A stretch of 64,000 nucleotides of DNA from Candidatus Lloydbacteria bacterium. Lineage in GTDB: Bacteria > Patescibacteriota > Minisyncoccia > Phycocordibacterales > UBA6899. The position numbers and the translations under genes are program-made. The notes under the pieces were generated by a model. It saw only the letters and a program-made list of their open reading frames with translations, did no database searches and was not told the origin of the DNA. This document shows, piece after piece, positions 48,630-59,428 of the stretch (position 1 is the stretch's first letter; each line of letters starts with the position of its first letter). The stretch spans positions 4,161-68,160 of the forward strand of contig JAYSTI010000001.1 in assembly GCA_043719805.1 (NCBI GenBank). The letters run 5' to 3'.

Positions 48630-48861
48630 ATCTTATTCGGATGCGAGAAAACACACAGGGGGGACGTTACTGAGTGTTTTCTTTATAGTTTTCATTTTAT
48701 TTCATGAGCACTGAAACAAAGAACAAACAAATGCATCGAGTAAAAGTTCACTTTTGGGATGCAGTGCGAGGCGTCGAGGAAGTGATGTTCGGTAGGCGTA
48801 CTTTGAGTACGACTACCGAACTCACGACGATGACAACAATGCACCGCGCCAAAATGGACTT

Positions 48862-51800
48862 TTACGCTTGGACTATTTCGCGAGGAGGTAGGTCGTCTTC
48901 AGGATCATACTCCGGTTCAACCCGATTGGTATGAAACCCTGTTCCTGCCGGAATCAATCTTCCCAAGATAACGTTTTCCTTCAAGCCGTAAAGCTTGTCG
49001 ACGGAACCCTGGACTGCTGCTTCGATAAGGACGCGTGAGGTGTTCTGGAATGATGCGGCAGAAAGGAATGATTCCTTTGTGAGTGCCACATCGGTGATAC
49101 CGAGAACGAGCTGCTCGCCCTTTGCCTCTTCACCGCCTTCTGCCTTCACGCGGGCATTCTCGACATTGAGTGCCGACTCTTCGATGGTGTTGCCGATTGA
49201 GAATTTGGTATCACCAACATGCTTGATCTTTCGGCGTGAGAACATCTGGCGCACAATGACCTCGACGTGCTTACGGGAAATGGACGCACCTTGTGTCTCA
49301 TAAATCTTGTTGATTTCGGCGATGATATAGCGCTGTGCACGATCGAGTCCTCCAAACTTGTAGAGCTCGTCGATGTCGGCGTAACCATCGGTGATGAGGT
49401 CACCTGCCTTTACCGTAGCCCCAACTTTGACAAGTGGTGAACGGCGGAAGGAAACTGAGTGCTCGACTTCCTTGACCTCCTTCTCCTTCTTGCTTGATTC
49501 GTCTCCGAGGACAACGATGATGAGGTCGTCTTTTTCTCCATTCTTGATGTCGGACACGACACCGTCTATCTTACACACAACGGCTTGTGCCTTCGGTGTC
49601 TGGCGCTCAAAAATATCTTCAACGCGCGGAAGACCCATCGTAATGTCCTCACCTGCGGCACCACCGGCGTGGAAGGTACGCATCGTGAGCTGGGTTCCCG
49701 GCTCTCCAATAGCTTGTGCTGCGACGATACCGACAGTCTCTCCGAGTGCGACCATTGTGCCGCGACCGAGATCCATTCCGTAACACTTCTGACATACACC
49801 GCGGAGTGTTTTACAAACGAGGGGTGAGTGAACGAACACTTCATCGACGCCGGACATCTCGACGAGCTTTGCCTCATCGCGACCAAGAAGACTTCCCTTC
49901 TTGAAGATGACCTTTCCGCCAGTTCCGACAGCATCCTTTGCGAGGACACGTCCGCGACAGTTGCGGCCCATCGTGATCTCGATACCGAGTGCATTTTCCT
50001 TTGTGAGACGAATACCATCCTTCTCGCCACAATCTTCTTCGATGACGACAACGTCTTGTGCCACATCAACGAGACGGCGCGTGAGGTAACCGGCCTTCGC
50101 GGTATTAAGCGCGGTGTCCGTCATACCCTTACGTGCTCCGTGGGTTGAGATGAAATATTCGAGCGGTGTGAGACCTTCCTTGAGTGACGGTACCATCGGA
50201 AAATCAATGATGCGGCCTGACGGTCCCTGTGTGAGACCCTTCATGCCGACCATGAGTGAAACTTGCTTGATGGAACCACGCGCACCTGAGGTGATCATGT
50301 CCATGACGGGACCGTTGAGTGGCAAGCCGTTCGGCACCACTTTCTCGATCTCGTTCTGCACACGCGTCCAGATCTCAATGACCTTGCGATATTTTTCGTC
50401 TGCTGAGAGGAGTCCTTCTTCGTAGCTTTCCATGACTTCGAGTTCTTCTTTGCGAGCGGAGGCAACGATAGCCTTCTTCTCGGGAGGAACCTTCACATCG
50501 GAGAGGGACCATGTCACGCCGGACTTTGTGACGTACTTGTATCCAAAGGCTTTAATCTTATCCAAAGCCTGAGGAGTGCCATCGATACCATAACGCGTGA
50601 TGAGGTCGTCTACCATGTTGGCGAGATCCTTCTTGGTGACCACTTTGTTGATGAAAGGAAAATCTGAAGGAAGCACGGAGTTGAAGAGCAAGCGTCCAAC
50701 GGTAGTCTCGAATGGCTTTCCTTCGTACTGCTTATACTTATCGGTGTCTGTACCCATGACCTTTATCTTGGCGCGGAAACCGACGATGCCGAAGTCGTAT
50801 GCAGTGATAGACGCGTTTGGTGTTGCAAAGATCTTGCCCTCACCTTTCTCGCCCTCGACTATCTTGGTCATCCAGAAGCAACCGAGCACGATGTCTTGTC
50901 CGGGATTCACGACAGGATCTCCGGAACCAGGCTTCAAGAGATTCTTGTTTGATGCCATGAGTTCCTTTGCCTCTGCCTGTGCTTCGTCTGAAAGAGGAAC
51001 GTGAACGGCCATTTGGTCTCCGTCGAAGTCTGCGTTGAACGCGGAACACACGAGCGGATGCACTTGGATGGCGTTGCCTTCGATAAGTGTCGGATTGAAT
51101 GCCTGAATACCAAGACGATGGAGGGTCGGCGCACGGTTCAAAAGAACGTACTTGCCCTTGATGACGTCTTCCAAATTGCCCCACACTTCAGGAATACCTT
51201 CGTCGATAAGACGATTGGCACCGCGAATATTGAATGCAAGACCCTGCTCCAAGAGTTTTGCGATAACGAACGGTCGGAAGAGTTCCAGTGCCATGTGCTT
51301 TGGGAGTCCGCACTGATTCAATTTCAGGTCCGGGCCGACGACGATAACGGAGCGTCCGGAATAGTCGACACGCTTTCCAAGCAAGTTCTGGCGGAAGAGT
51401 CCTCCCTTTCCCTTGAGTGTATCGGCGAGTGACTTCAACTGACGGCGCTGAGTCTGACTCATTGCGGCAGATGTGGAACCGTGACGAATGGAGTTGTCGA
51501 TAAGCGCATCGACGGCTTCCTGCAAAATACGCTTTTCGTTTCGCAAGATGACCTCAGGTGCATCGATCTCGATAAGCTTCTTCAAGCGGTTGTTGCGGTT
51601 GATGACGCGGCGATACAAGTCGTTGACGTCGGATGTCGCGTGGCGACCTCCTTCGAGTGCGACCATCGGACGCATTCCCGGAGGAATAACAGGGATGGCG
51701 GTGAGGAACATCCACTCAGGACGAACTCCCGAGCGCAACATTGCCTTCACGAGTGAGAGTCGCTTGTAGAGCTTCACGCGCTCGACAGCTCCCGCCTTCT

Positions 51801-52512
51801 CAAGCGTGGTCTGCATGTGCGTCTGTAGTTTCTTGAGGTCGAGTTTCTGGAACATCGCGTACACCGCCTCAGCACCGATGCCGGCTTCGAATGCGGACGA
51901 ATACTTGAGTGAGTACTTGTGGTACGTCATTTCATCCAAGATAAGGCCGACGGAAATACCGTCGATCTCTTTCTTTGCGGCAGTCAGGAGCTCCTTCATC
52001 TTGTCCTTTGCACCCTTCGCCTCGAGCGACTTCACCTTTGATTTGTACTCATGATCGAGTAGCTTCAAAAGCTCTTCCTTCTCGCGCTCGTCCACCTTTG
52101 TGACGACGTATGCGGCGAAGTAGATGACCTTCTCGAGTTCGGCGACGGGGAGATTGAGCAAGAGTCCGATGCGGGACGGAATGCCGCGCAAGAACCAGAT
52201 GTGTGACACGGGGGCAGCGAGCTCGATGTGACCCATGCGATCACGGCGCACGATTGCGCGCGTGATCTCGACGCCACACTTCTCACAGATGATGCCCTTG
52301 TAGCGGATGCCTTTGTACTTGCCGCAGTAGCACTCGAAGTCCTTCTCGGGTCCGAAGATGCGCTCATCGAAGAGGCCTCCACGCTCACTGCGCTGCGTGC
52401 GGTAGTTAATTGTCTCAGGCTTGGTGACCTCGCCATGCGACCACTCTTTGATGCGCTCCGGCGAAGCAAGCTTGATGCCGATCGCGTTGAAATCTGTTGA
52501 TGGATTATTCAT
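48862..52512 (-). CDS. rpoC: DNA-directed RNA polymerase subunit beta'
   Basis: NADFDGDQMAVH catalytic motif, zinc fingers and length. Confidence 0.95.
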   Translation of the reverse strand: MNNPSTDFNAIGIKLASPERIKEWSHGEVTKPETINYRTQRSERGGLFDERIFGPEKDFECYCGKYKGIRYKGIICEKCGVEITRAIVRRDRMGHIELAAPVSHIWFLRGIPSRIGLLLNLPVAELEKVIYFAAYVVTKVDEREKEELLKLLDHEYKSKVKSLEAKGAKDKMKELLTAAKKEIDGISVGLILDEMTYHKYSLKYSSAFEAGIGAEAVYAMFQKLDLKKLQTHMQTTLEKAGAVERVKLYKRLSLVKAMLRSGVRPEWMFLTAIPVIPPGMRPMVALEGGRHATSDVNDLYRRVINRNNRLKKLIEIDAPEVILRNEKRILQEAVDALIDNSIRHGSTSAAMSQTQRRQLKSLADTLKGKGGLFRQNLLGKRVDYSGRSVIVVGPDLKLNQCGLPKHMALELFRPFVIAKLLEQGLAFNIRGANRLIDEGIPEVWGNLEDVIKGKYVLLNRAPTLHRLGIQAFNPTLIEGNAIQVHPLVCSAFNADFDGDQMAVHVPLSDEAQAEAKELMASNKNLLKPGSGDPVVNPGQDIVLGCFWMTKIVEGEKGEGKIFATPNASITAYDFGIVGFRAKIKVMGTDTDKYKQYEGKPFETTVGRLLFNSVLPSDFPFINKVVTKKDLANMVDDLITRYGIDGTPQALDKIKAFGYKYVTKSGVTWSLSDVKVPPEKKAIVASARKEELEVMESYEEGLLSADEKYRKVIEIWTRVQNEIEKVVPNGLPLNGPVMDMITSGARGSIKQVSLMVGMKGLTQGPSGRIIDFPMVPSLKEGLTPLEYFISTHGARKGMTDTALNTAKAGYLTRRLVDVAQDVVVIEEDCGEKDGIRLTKENALGIEITMGRNCRGRVLAKDAVGTGGKVIFKKGSLLGRDEAKLVEMSGVDEVFVHSPLVCKTLRGVCQKCYGMDLGRGTMVALGETVGIVAAQAIGEPGTQLTMRTFHAGGAAGEDITMGLPRVEDIFERQTPKAQAVVCKIDGVVSDIKNGEKDDLIIVVLGDESSKKEKEVKEVEHSVSFRRSPLVKVGATVKAGDLITDGYADIDELYKFGGLDRAQRYIIAEINKIYETQGASISRKHVEVIVRQMFSRRKIKHVGDTKFSIGNTIEESALNVENARVKAEGGEEAKGEQLVLGITDVALTKESFLSAASFQNTSRVLIEAAVQGSVDKLYGLKENVILGRLIPAGTGFHTNRVEPEYDPEDDLPPREIVQA

Positions 52513-52528
52513 ATGGATGGTATGGCTA

Positions 52529-55500
52529 TTAATTGGTCTCCTCTTCTTTGATGTGCATAAGGTCGATGTCGAGCGAGAGTCCGCGGAGCGAATTCAAGAG
52601 GACATGGAATGTTGCAGGGAGGTTCGGCTCACGAATATTTCGTCCCTTCACAATTGCATCGAATGCTGCGGAGCGACCGAGAATATCGTCGGACTTTACG
52701 GTCAACATTTCGCGGAGGATATGAGCGGCACCATAACCCTGGAGCGCCCACACTTCCATCTCTCCGAAGCGCTGTCCTCCTCCTTGCGCCTTTCCGCCGA
52801 GCGGTTGCTGCGTGATGAGAGAGTATGGCCCGATAGAGCGCATGTGGATCTTGTCTTCAACCATGTGATGAAGTTTTAAAATATACATGTATCCAACAGA
52901 AATTTCTTGTTCGAATGATTCACCTGTGCGTCCGTCAAAGAGCTTCATCTTTCCGTCCTCACGGTATCCTGCACTCTTCAACTCTGCGCGAATTTCTTCT
53001 TCGGTGACACCCAAGAACGGCGGCGTAACAGCCTGATAGCCGTGCTTGTGCGCTGCGAGTCCCAAGTGGAGTTCGAAAATTTGTCCGAGGTTCATACGTG
53101 ACGGCACTCCGAGTGGGGTCAAGATAACGTCGATAGGTGTTCCATCCTCCTGGAAAGGCATTTCTTCGAGCGGAAGAATCTTTGAAATAACACCCTTGTT
53201 GCCGTGGCGTCCGGCGAGCTTGTCTCCAACGGAAATGTTGCGCAACTGCGCTATCTCTATATAGACACGCTTGATGATGCCCGACTCGAGATTGTCGCCC
53301 TTCTCGCGTGAGAATACCTTCACGCCGATGACGCGACCGCGCTTGCCGTGCTCCATGCGCAGTGATGTGTCTTTGACGTCGCGTGCCTTCTCGCCGAAAA
53401 TCGAACGGAGAAGTCGCTCCTCAGGTGTGAGTGTTGCCTCACCCTTTGGTGTAATCTTTCCGACCAAAATATCGCCGGGGCGCACTTCTGCTCCGATGCG
53501 TACGATGCCCTCGTGATCGAGGTCTTTTAACTTCGCTTCACCGACATTTGGTATATCGGGAGTGGTGACCTCGGGTCCAAGTTTGGTGTCGCGCACGTTG
53601 ACGACGAATTTCTCGATGTGAATAGAGGTGAGGACAGACTCACGAACGAGACGCTCCGAAAGAATGATGGCGTCTTCGTAGTTTGCTCCACCCCACGACA
53701 TGAATGCGACAAGTAGATTTTGTCCGAGCGCCATTTCTCCGCGGTCAGATGTCGAGGTGTCGGCAAGTACATCGCCCTTCTTTACCTTCTCGCCGACCGA
53801 AACGATAGGTCGCTGATGGTAGCAGTTGGCGTTGTTCGTCATGACGTAGTTCAAAAGTTTGTACTCTTTTTCATTACCCTTGTTGTCTTTGAAAACGATG
53901 TGCTTCGCGTCGACTTCCTTGATAACACCGTCCGCTTCTGCAATGACCACGCGACCGGAGTCGCGCGCGATGCGTCCTTCCATGCCGGTTGCGACGATAG
54001 GTGCAGATGGTGAGACGAGCGGCTCCGCCTGGCGTTGCATGTTTGAACCCATGAGTGCACGGTTGGCATCGTCGTGCTCCAAGAATGGAATCGATGATGT
54101 TGCGGTCGAAAATGCCTGATTGGTCGCAACATCGATGTAGTCCACCTGTGCGCGGTTCACAATACCCGGTGAGCCCTTCACACGTGCTTCGACGCGCGAT
54201 TCGAGCATCTTGTCGTCGCCGTAAGGCACAGCAGCGTGCGCGATGATGAACTGCTCTTCTTCAAGTGCATTCAAGTAGTCGATCTTGCCGGTGATGTGAC
54301 CGTCGTCCACCTTCACGTATGGTGTCTCGATGACGCCAAAGGAATTGGTGCGAGCGTAGGTTGCCATACGCAAGACGAGTCCAATGTTCGGACCTTCAGG
54401 TGTATGAATAGGACAAAGGCGTCCGTAATGGGAAGGATGCACGTCGCGGACCTCGAGTCCGGCACGCTCTTTGGTGAGTCCACCAGGACCCATCGCGGAT
54501 GTAGTGCGGAGATGCTCCACTTCGTCGAGCACATTTCCCTGACTCATGAGCTGTGAAAGCTGATTGGTCGTGAAGAATTCTTTGAGGCGGGCCTGAAGCG
54601 GTCGAGGAGAAACGAAATTGATAGGAAGCACAGTGTCGGTCTCAACGGTCGACATGCGGTCCTGAATATTGCGCTTCATCTGCGTCATACCGACACGAAG
54701 CTTTGCCTGGAGCATTTCTCCGACATAGCGTACGCGGCGCGAGCCCAAATGGTCGATGTCGTCTTCTTCTGCACCCTTCGTGTGGTTCAATTTTGCAACG
54801 TGAGAAACCGTCGACATGAGGTCGTCGAACGTGAGCACGCGCCCTTCGAGTGCCTTCTCCGTCATCGCCTTACCAAAGCGGCGGTTGAAACGTACGCGAC
54901 CTACAGGAGAAAGGTCATAGCGTTCACGCGCAAACATTGCGTCGATGAGTTCGCGTGCATTTGTCGTCGTCGTAACATCACCATCGCGGAGGCGGCGGTA
55001 GACTTCGATGTACGAGTCATCAAGGGTCTTGGCGGGATCCTTTGCGAGTGTCTTCTCTATATAGCGCTTTCCCTCAGGGTCACCCTCGAAGGCTTTGAGT
55101 ATCTCAGCATCACCGCATTGTCCGAAGACACGCAGGAGGCTTGTGACGGGGAACTTGCGCTTACGGTCGATCTTGACCCATACCACTTCGTCGGAGTCCG
55201 TCTCTATCTCTATCCATGCACCGCGCGCAGGAATAACCTTCGCTCCGAAGAAGCGACCGGCTTTCAATTCTTGTGCGGTAAAAAATATTCCGAACGAACG
55301 TGCAAGTTGAGGCACCACGACGCGCTCCACACCGTTCACGACGAATGTGCCGCGACTTGTTGCGATGGGAAAATCCGCCATGAAGACCTCCTGCTCCTTT
55401 ACGGTGCCGAGTGTCTTGTTCGTGAGGCGAACGCGCGCACGGAGAGGTGTCTCATACGAGACTTTGTTCTCACGAGCGAAGTGTTCGTCGAAACGAGGAG

Positions 55501-55699
55501 GTGAGAGTTCGAACCCGATGAACTCGAGATCAAATTTCTTTTTTGAATAATCGCTGATCGGGGAGAATTCTTTGAAGAGCTCCTTCAATCCTTCCGCCAC
55601 CAACCAATCGTAGGAACGCTTTTGCATCTCGACGAGATTCGGCATCTCTGCCAGCGAATCCTTATAGCGCCCAAAAAACTTCTTATTGATTGCCTCCAT
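52529..55699 (-). CDS. rpoB: DNA-directed RNA polymerase subunit beta
   Basis: Conserved rpoB blocks (..GEMEVWALQGYGAAHIL.., ..PFLEHDDANRALMGSNMQRQA..). Confidence 0.95.
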   Translation of the reverse strand: MEAINKKFFGRYKDSLAEMPNLVEMQKRSYDWLVAEGLKELFKEFSPISDYSKKKFDLEFIGFELSPPRFDEHFARENKVSYETPLRARVRLTNKTLGTVKEQEVFMADFPIATSRGTFVVNGVERVVVPQLARSFGIFFTAQELKAGRFFGAKVIPARGAWIEIETDSDEVVWVKIDRKRKFPVTSLLRVFGQCGDAEILKAFEGDPEGKRYIEKTLAKDPAKTLDDSYIEVYRRLRDGDVTTTTNARELIDAMFARERYDLSPVGRVRFNRRFGKAMTEKALEGRVLTFDDLMSTVSHVAKLNHTKGAEEDDIDHLGSRRVRYVGEMLQAKLRVGMTQMKRNIQDRMSTVETDTVLPINFVSPRPLQARLKEFFTTNQLSQLMSQGNVLDEVEHLRTTSAMGPGGLTKERAGLEVRDVHPSHYGRLCPIHTPEGPNIGLVLRMATYARTNSFGVIETPYVKVDDGHITGKIDYLNALEEEQFIIAHAAVPYGDDKMLESRVEARVKGSPGIVNRAQVDYIDVATNQAFSTATSSIPFLEHDDANRALMGSNMQRQAEPLVSPSAPIVATGMEGRIARDSGRVVIAEADGVIKEVDAKHIVFKDNKGNEKEYKLLNYVMTNNANCYHQRPIVSVGEKVKKGDVLADTSTSDRGEMALGQNLLVAFMSWGGANYEDAIILSERLVRESVLTSIHIEKFVVNVRDTKLGPEVTTPDIPNVGEAKLKDLDHEGIVRIGAEVRPGDILVGKITPKGEATLTPEERLLRSIFGEKARDVKDTSLRMEHGKRGRVIGVKVFSREKGDNLESGIIKRVYIEIAQLRNISVGDKLAGRHGNKGVISKILPLEEMPFQEDGTPIDVILTPLGVPSRMNLGQIFELHLGLAAHKHGYQAVTPPFLGVTEEEIRAELKSAGYREDGKMKLFDGRTGESFEQEISVGYMYILKLHHMVEDKIHMRSIGPYSLITQQPLGGKAQGGGQRFGEMEVWALQGYGAAHILREMLTVKSDDILGRSAAFDAIVKGRNIREPNLPATFHVLLNSLRGLSLDIDLMHIKEEETN

Positions 55700-56224
55700 A
55701 ATCGAATAAGTAAACTATTAAATATCGGACATACGTAAATGGCGAACTTCTCACGCCGAGAATTTGACCCATTTTTCTTTGCGGTACTCGCTTAGAAAAA
55801 TGGAAATACTCTTTGTGGTGCATCCATTTTCGAATGTCCTCGCGCGTGAACAAAATGCGAAAGGTACAAATAGATAGGAGTTTTACAAGTTGATGAAATT
55901 CGAGGCGTGGGGAAAGTATCGAGGAAAACATATTCATATATGTTGACCGAGATACAGGGACCCCACAACAAAGAAGTTCGCAATTTGTGAAAGTCCTATA
56001 AACGCAAAAACACGGACTCGTGGTGAGAGTTAGTGTCTTATATTCCTCAAACGTATAAATATTTGCGCCTCGTGCGCATAGAGAGTGGCTATACTAAGGG
56101 TTATCCACCAATAACTCAATCAGGCCGTTAGTGCAAACAGTATAGATTAAGGCTTAATCTGCGTCAAGAGCTATACCTAGCGGTGGGGATAAGCAAGGGG
56201 AAAAACTGTGGACAGCAGGGCTTC

Positions 56225-56345
56225 CGTGTTCTGAAACTCATGTCAGTCGCCCCAGCCGGCGACTGCATTCTCTCTCAAGGGAAAATCCCGCCTCAGAAGG
56301 CAGGAACCATGCTTTTCCTCCTCCGAGGCGGTTTCAGAACACAGA
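56225..56345. ncRNA. candidate structured RNA in the rpoB upstream intergenic region
   Basis: A 12-nt long-range pairing gtgttctgaaac (56229-56240) / gtttcagaacac (56329-56340) encloses the hairpins cagtcgcc..ggcgactg and ccgcctc..gaggcgg. No ORF. Identity unknown. Confidence 0.25.
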
Positions 56346-56418
56346 AACCCTCGTCCGCGAGAGAGCAGAAGGATAGTTGTGTCTCCGAAAGTATCTGCTT
56401 TAAAATCGAGAAAACTAC

Positions 56419-58515
56419 CTATAGTCCATACTTAAATTTAAGCCACCCAAAAAACTTTGTCCACATGCCTTTCTCTTTATTTATATGGGGCGCATAAGGA
56501 GGAACTTGTGTTGTGTTTTCTATTGTAGTACTTGATTGATTATCTGATACTCGGGAAGCCGTCGGGGTACTCGCAAGTGTGAGGAGCTCCGATGGAAGCC
56601 AGCCGCTGTTACCATCGGGCATTTCGCCTCGATACCACACATCCTTGCTTCCATATTTTTCTCTTACAATAAATAGTGATTCATTTGGATATATTCCCTT
56701 AACATCACAAGTTTTTGAGGGACAGCTTCTTAGTGTTGCCGATGAAACAACGGTCATATTGGTTATGGGCGTCGATGTCGCAAGTTTCATATCATACGAA
56801 AAGACCGGTGTCGAACTCACTAGGATTACGGGTGGCTCAACATGGACTTTGGGCTTCGTGGTTTCCACCTTTGTGATTGGCAAACTCTTTTGAGGAGGTT
56901 CCTCACCAGATGGGCTCGGGATAAACGGGCTATCGTTGCTTGGAATATAGGGAGCTGTTACGGCCCTCGATACATCAATTGTTTTTACACCTGACTTATT
57001 GGATGCGGTTTGTATAATTCGGTCAACAATTTCCTTATTTGTGATTTTGGGAAAATTAGCCTTAATTAAAGCGGCGAGTCCGGCAACAATTGGGGCTGAA
57101 AATGAAGTTCCGCCCATGCTTGAATAAAATGCCCCATCTTCAAGTATGGGAACTCCCGTGGAAAGAATCTCGATACCCGGTGCATATACATCTGCACATG
57201 TTCCGTAATTTGCCCATCGCAGTACATTTTGCTGGTCATCAATACCAGAAACTCCCAAAACGGCATTCAGAGAAAGGTCGTTACAAACTGGAGATTGCGG
57301 AATATTCTTCAAATCGCCACCGATTGATTCTGCACTTTCTATATCTCCATTTCCTGCGGCAGCGACAATCACCACTCCCTTGTTGTATGCATATCGTACC
57401 GCTGCGTCATATTCGACTGAATAGCCCATAGTCCCACGTGACCCCAAACTCAAATTAATAACATTTGCACCATTATCTGCTGCGTACTTCATTGCCTTTA
57501 TGACGGCTTCCCTATTGCAACCACTTTTGTCACAAGCTATTAGCGACATGAGCTTGGTGTTCCTGGATATACCCGCGACACCTAGTCCGTTGTTGCTTTC
57601 CGCGCCAATAATTCCAGCAACGTGAGTGCCGTGAACTCCCTTAACCGTCATCTCTCCGCTCGCATCAATAAAATTCCATCCATACACATCATCGACATAG
57701 CCATTTTTGTCATCGTCTGCCTTATTTCCAAGAATTTCTTTTTTGTTTTCCCAAATGTTATTTTTTAAATCCGGGTGATTAAGATAAATGCCGTCATCAA
57801 TTACCGCGACCACAACAGCTGGGTTTGCCAAACTTATTCCCCACCCACCCTCCGCACCCACAACATCAAGGTAGTACTGTTTCGAAATCAAAGTATCATT
57901 AGTGCTTGGATGGGGCGCAAAAGAAAAACTCTTTGATACTGAAGTACCAACAATACTAAGTTTCACCACGGGAGACGTGCTCTCTGGCGCGGTAAAGCAT
58001 ATTTTATTATTTGTCCATGAAGCCGAAGTAATGCTTACTGAACCCACAATTAAATCTGATACCCCCTCCTTCCAGTTGTCCTCGCGCACCCCAAATGCAT
58101 TGCCGATGACACACATTCGCGACAACCCAGGATATATCTTATCTGGTGTAATGTTGAAAATCTCAGGAGCAGGCTGTGTTCGAATCTGTTTAATCTGACT
58201 TAATTCTCCGATCGAGTTACGAACAGTCACGTTATGCATTCCAGCGGAGATCGCAATTGGAATTTGAATAACTATTTTATCATCTTTCCAAGAGGAATTA
58301 TCAACGATGTTTCCGTCGAGGTAAACCGCCCCTTCATGCGTGCCAAACCCTGGGTAACCGGAACTGATAGACACATAACCGCCATTCAACCCAATGGCGG
58401 GATTAAATGAATATACAGAAGGTGCGCCAGGACTATAAGCGAAGACTGTTTGCGGACCAAAAAGAAAAAAGCAAATTAAAATGGCAATTGAGGCATGCTT
58501 TTTCGTTGATTTCAT
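56419..58515 (-). CDS. secreted subtilisin-like serine protease (peptidase S8) with N-terminal Ig-like domains
   Basis: Signal peptide. Catalytic triad motifs VAVIDDGI (Asp), HGTHVAGII (His), GTSFSAPIVAG (Ser). Confidence 0.85.
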   Translation of the reverse strand: MKSTKKHASIAILICFFLFGPQTVFAYSPGAPSVYSFNPAIGLNGGYVSISSGYPGFGTHEGAVYLDGNIVDNSSWKDDKIVIQIPIAISAGMHNVTVRNSIGELSQIKQIRTQPAPEIFNITPDKIYPGLSRMCVIGNAFGVREDNWKEGVSDLIVGSVSITSASWTNNKICFTAPESTSPVVKLSIVGTSVSKSFSFAPHPSTNDTLISKQYYLDVVGAEGGWGISLANPAVVVAVIDDGIYLNHPDLKNNIWENKKEILGNKADDDKNGYVDDVYGWNFIDASGEMTVKGVHGTHVAGIIGAESNNGLGVAGISRNTKLMSLIACDKSGCNREAVIKAMKYAADNGANVINLSLGSRGTMGYSVEYDAAVRYAYNKGVVIVAAAGNGDIESAESIGGDLKNIPQSPVCNDLSLNAVLGVSGIDDQQNVLRWANYGTCADVYAPGIEILSTGVPILEDGAFYSSMGGTSFSAPIVAGLAALIKANFPKITNKEIVDRIIQTASNKSGVKTIDVSRAVTAPYIPSNDSPFIPSPSGEEPPQKSLPITKVETTKPKVHVEPPVILVSSTPVFSYDMKLATSTPITNMTVVSSATLRSCPSKTCDVKGIYPNESLFIVREKYGSKDVWYRGEMPDGNSGWLPSELLTLASTPTASRVSDNQSSTTIENTTQVPPYAPHINKEKGMWTKFFGWLKFKYGL

Positions 58516-58590
58516 TCACTCAGCCTACTCCCCCATTCATCATTTGCCAATGCGGAAATGCGTGGAGGTATACATGCGTGCTTCAACTCG

Positions 58591-58869
58591 CTAACGAAAT
58601 AGTGCGTCGTGGGACCCGAGGTCGACAAGGAGAAGTACGAGGACGTTGTCGTGTTTCTGGTAGGTGAGAAGTATGTCGTTCTCGATATGGCATTCCCTGT
58701 AATTTTTCAATTCCCCCGTCAACTGATGATCGCGACGCTTCGCATTGAGTTTTTTTCCGGTAGCAAGTGCGTCGATTACCTCGTCGAGTTCATTCTGGTC
58801 AAAATCCTTGTGCCGCGAAACGCGCTTGTATGCCTTGCGATACGCCTTTGTTGATCGAATTAAATACAT
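58591..58869 (-). CDS. type II toxin YafQ/RelE family
   Basis: DHQLTGELKNYRECHIENDILLTYQKHDNVLVLLLVDLGSHDALF matches the YafQ pattern. Confidence 0.7.
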   Translation of the reverse strand: MYLIRSTKAYRKAYKRVSRHKDFDQNELDEVIDALATGKKLNAKRRDHQLTGELKNYRECHIENDILLTYQKHDNVLVLLLVDLGSHDALFR

Positions 58870-58871
58870 GA

Positions 58872-59153
58872 CTAACCCATCTTTAAAATATCATCATGTA
58901 ATTCCTTCGCAGTGCGATAAGAACGACCGTGCTTAAGAGCGTCCTCCGCCTCTTTGATCATGACGCGCTTTTTCTTGAGTGACCAATAGTCAGCACTCAC
59001 CACAGGAAATGGAATCTCTTTTTTGTTGACCACCTGCGTAAGATAAAGTTTCACACCGGAGGACATATCTAGTCCCATGGCCTGAAAAGTCTTTTGCGCA
59101 GCGTCTTTGATTTTTTTATCAATACGAATTTGCAGTGTTGTATTCATGGGCAA
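58872..59153 (-). CDS. type II antitoxin DinJ/RelB family
   Basis: LQIRIDKKIKDAAQKTFQAMGLDMSSGVKLYLTQVVNKKEIPFP. It is adjacent to the toxin with a 2-nt gap. Confidence 0.65.
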   Translation of the reverse strand: MPMNTTLQIRIDKKIKDAAQKTFQAMGLDMSSGVKLYLTQVVNKKEIPFPVVSADYWSLKKKRVMIKEAEDALKHGRSYRTAKELHDDILKMG

Positions 59154-59428
59154 AGCATACTCCTTGCATATTTGAGTGTCAATACAATGTCATTACGTAC
59201 TGGCCATGGTTTCCGGTTTTCTATTCAGATATCCCTCACTCTCCCTCATGCATCATCTATCAATGTGAAAATGTGCGGAGGTGTATATTTTTACACCTAC
59301 CAGCGAAATAGTACATTGCAGGGCCAATGGTTAATGAGAAGCGGCAAGGTACACCAGCAATCAATAAACTATATGAATTAAATGACGCAATACTTGACGG
59401 CGCCACGACTTACTGTCATACTGATGTC

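Noticed and set aside
48995-55550. Numerous 60-250-aa ORFs antisense to rpoB/rpoC
   Set aside because: Shadow ORFs inside strongly supported essential genes.
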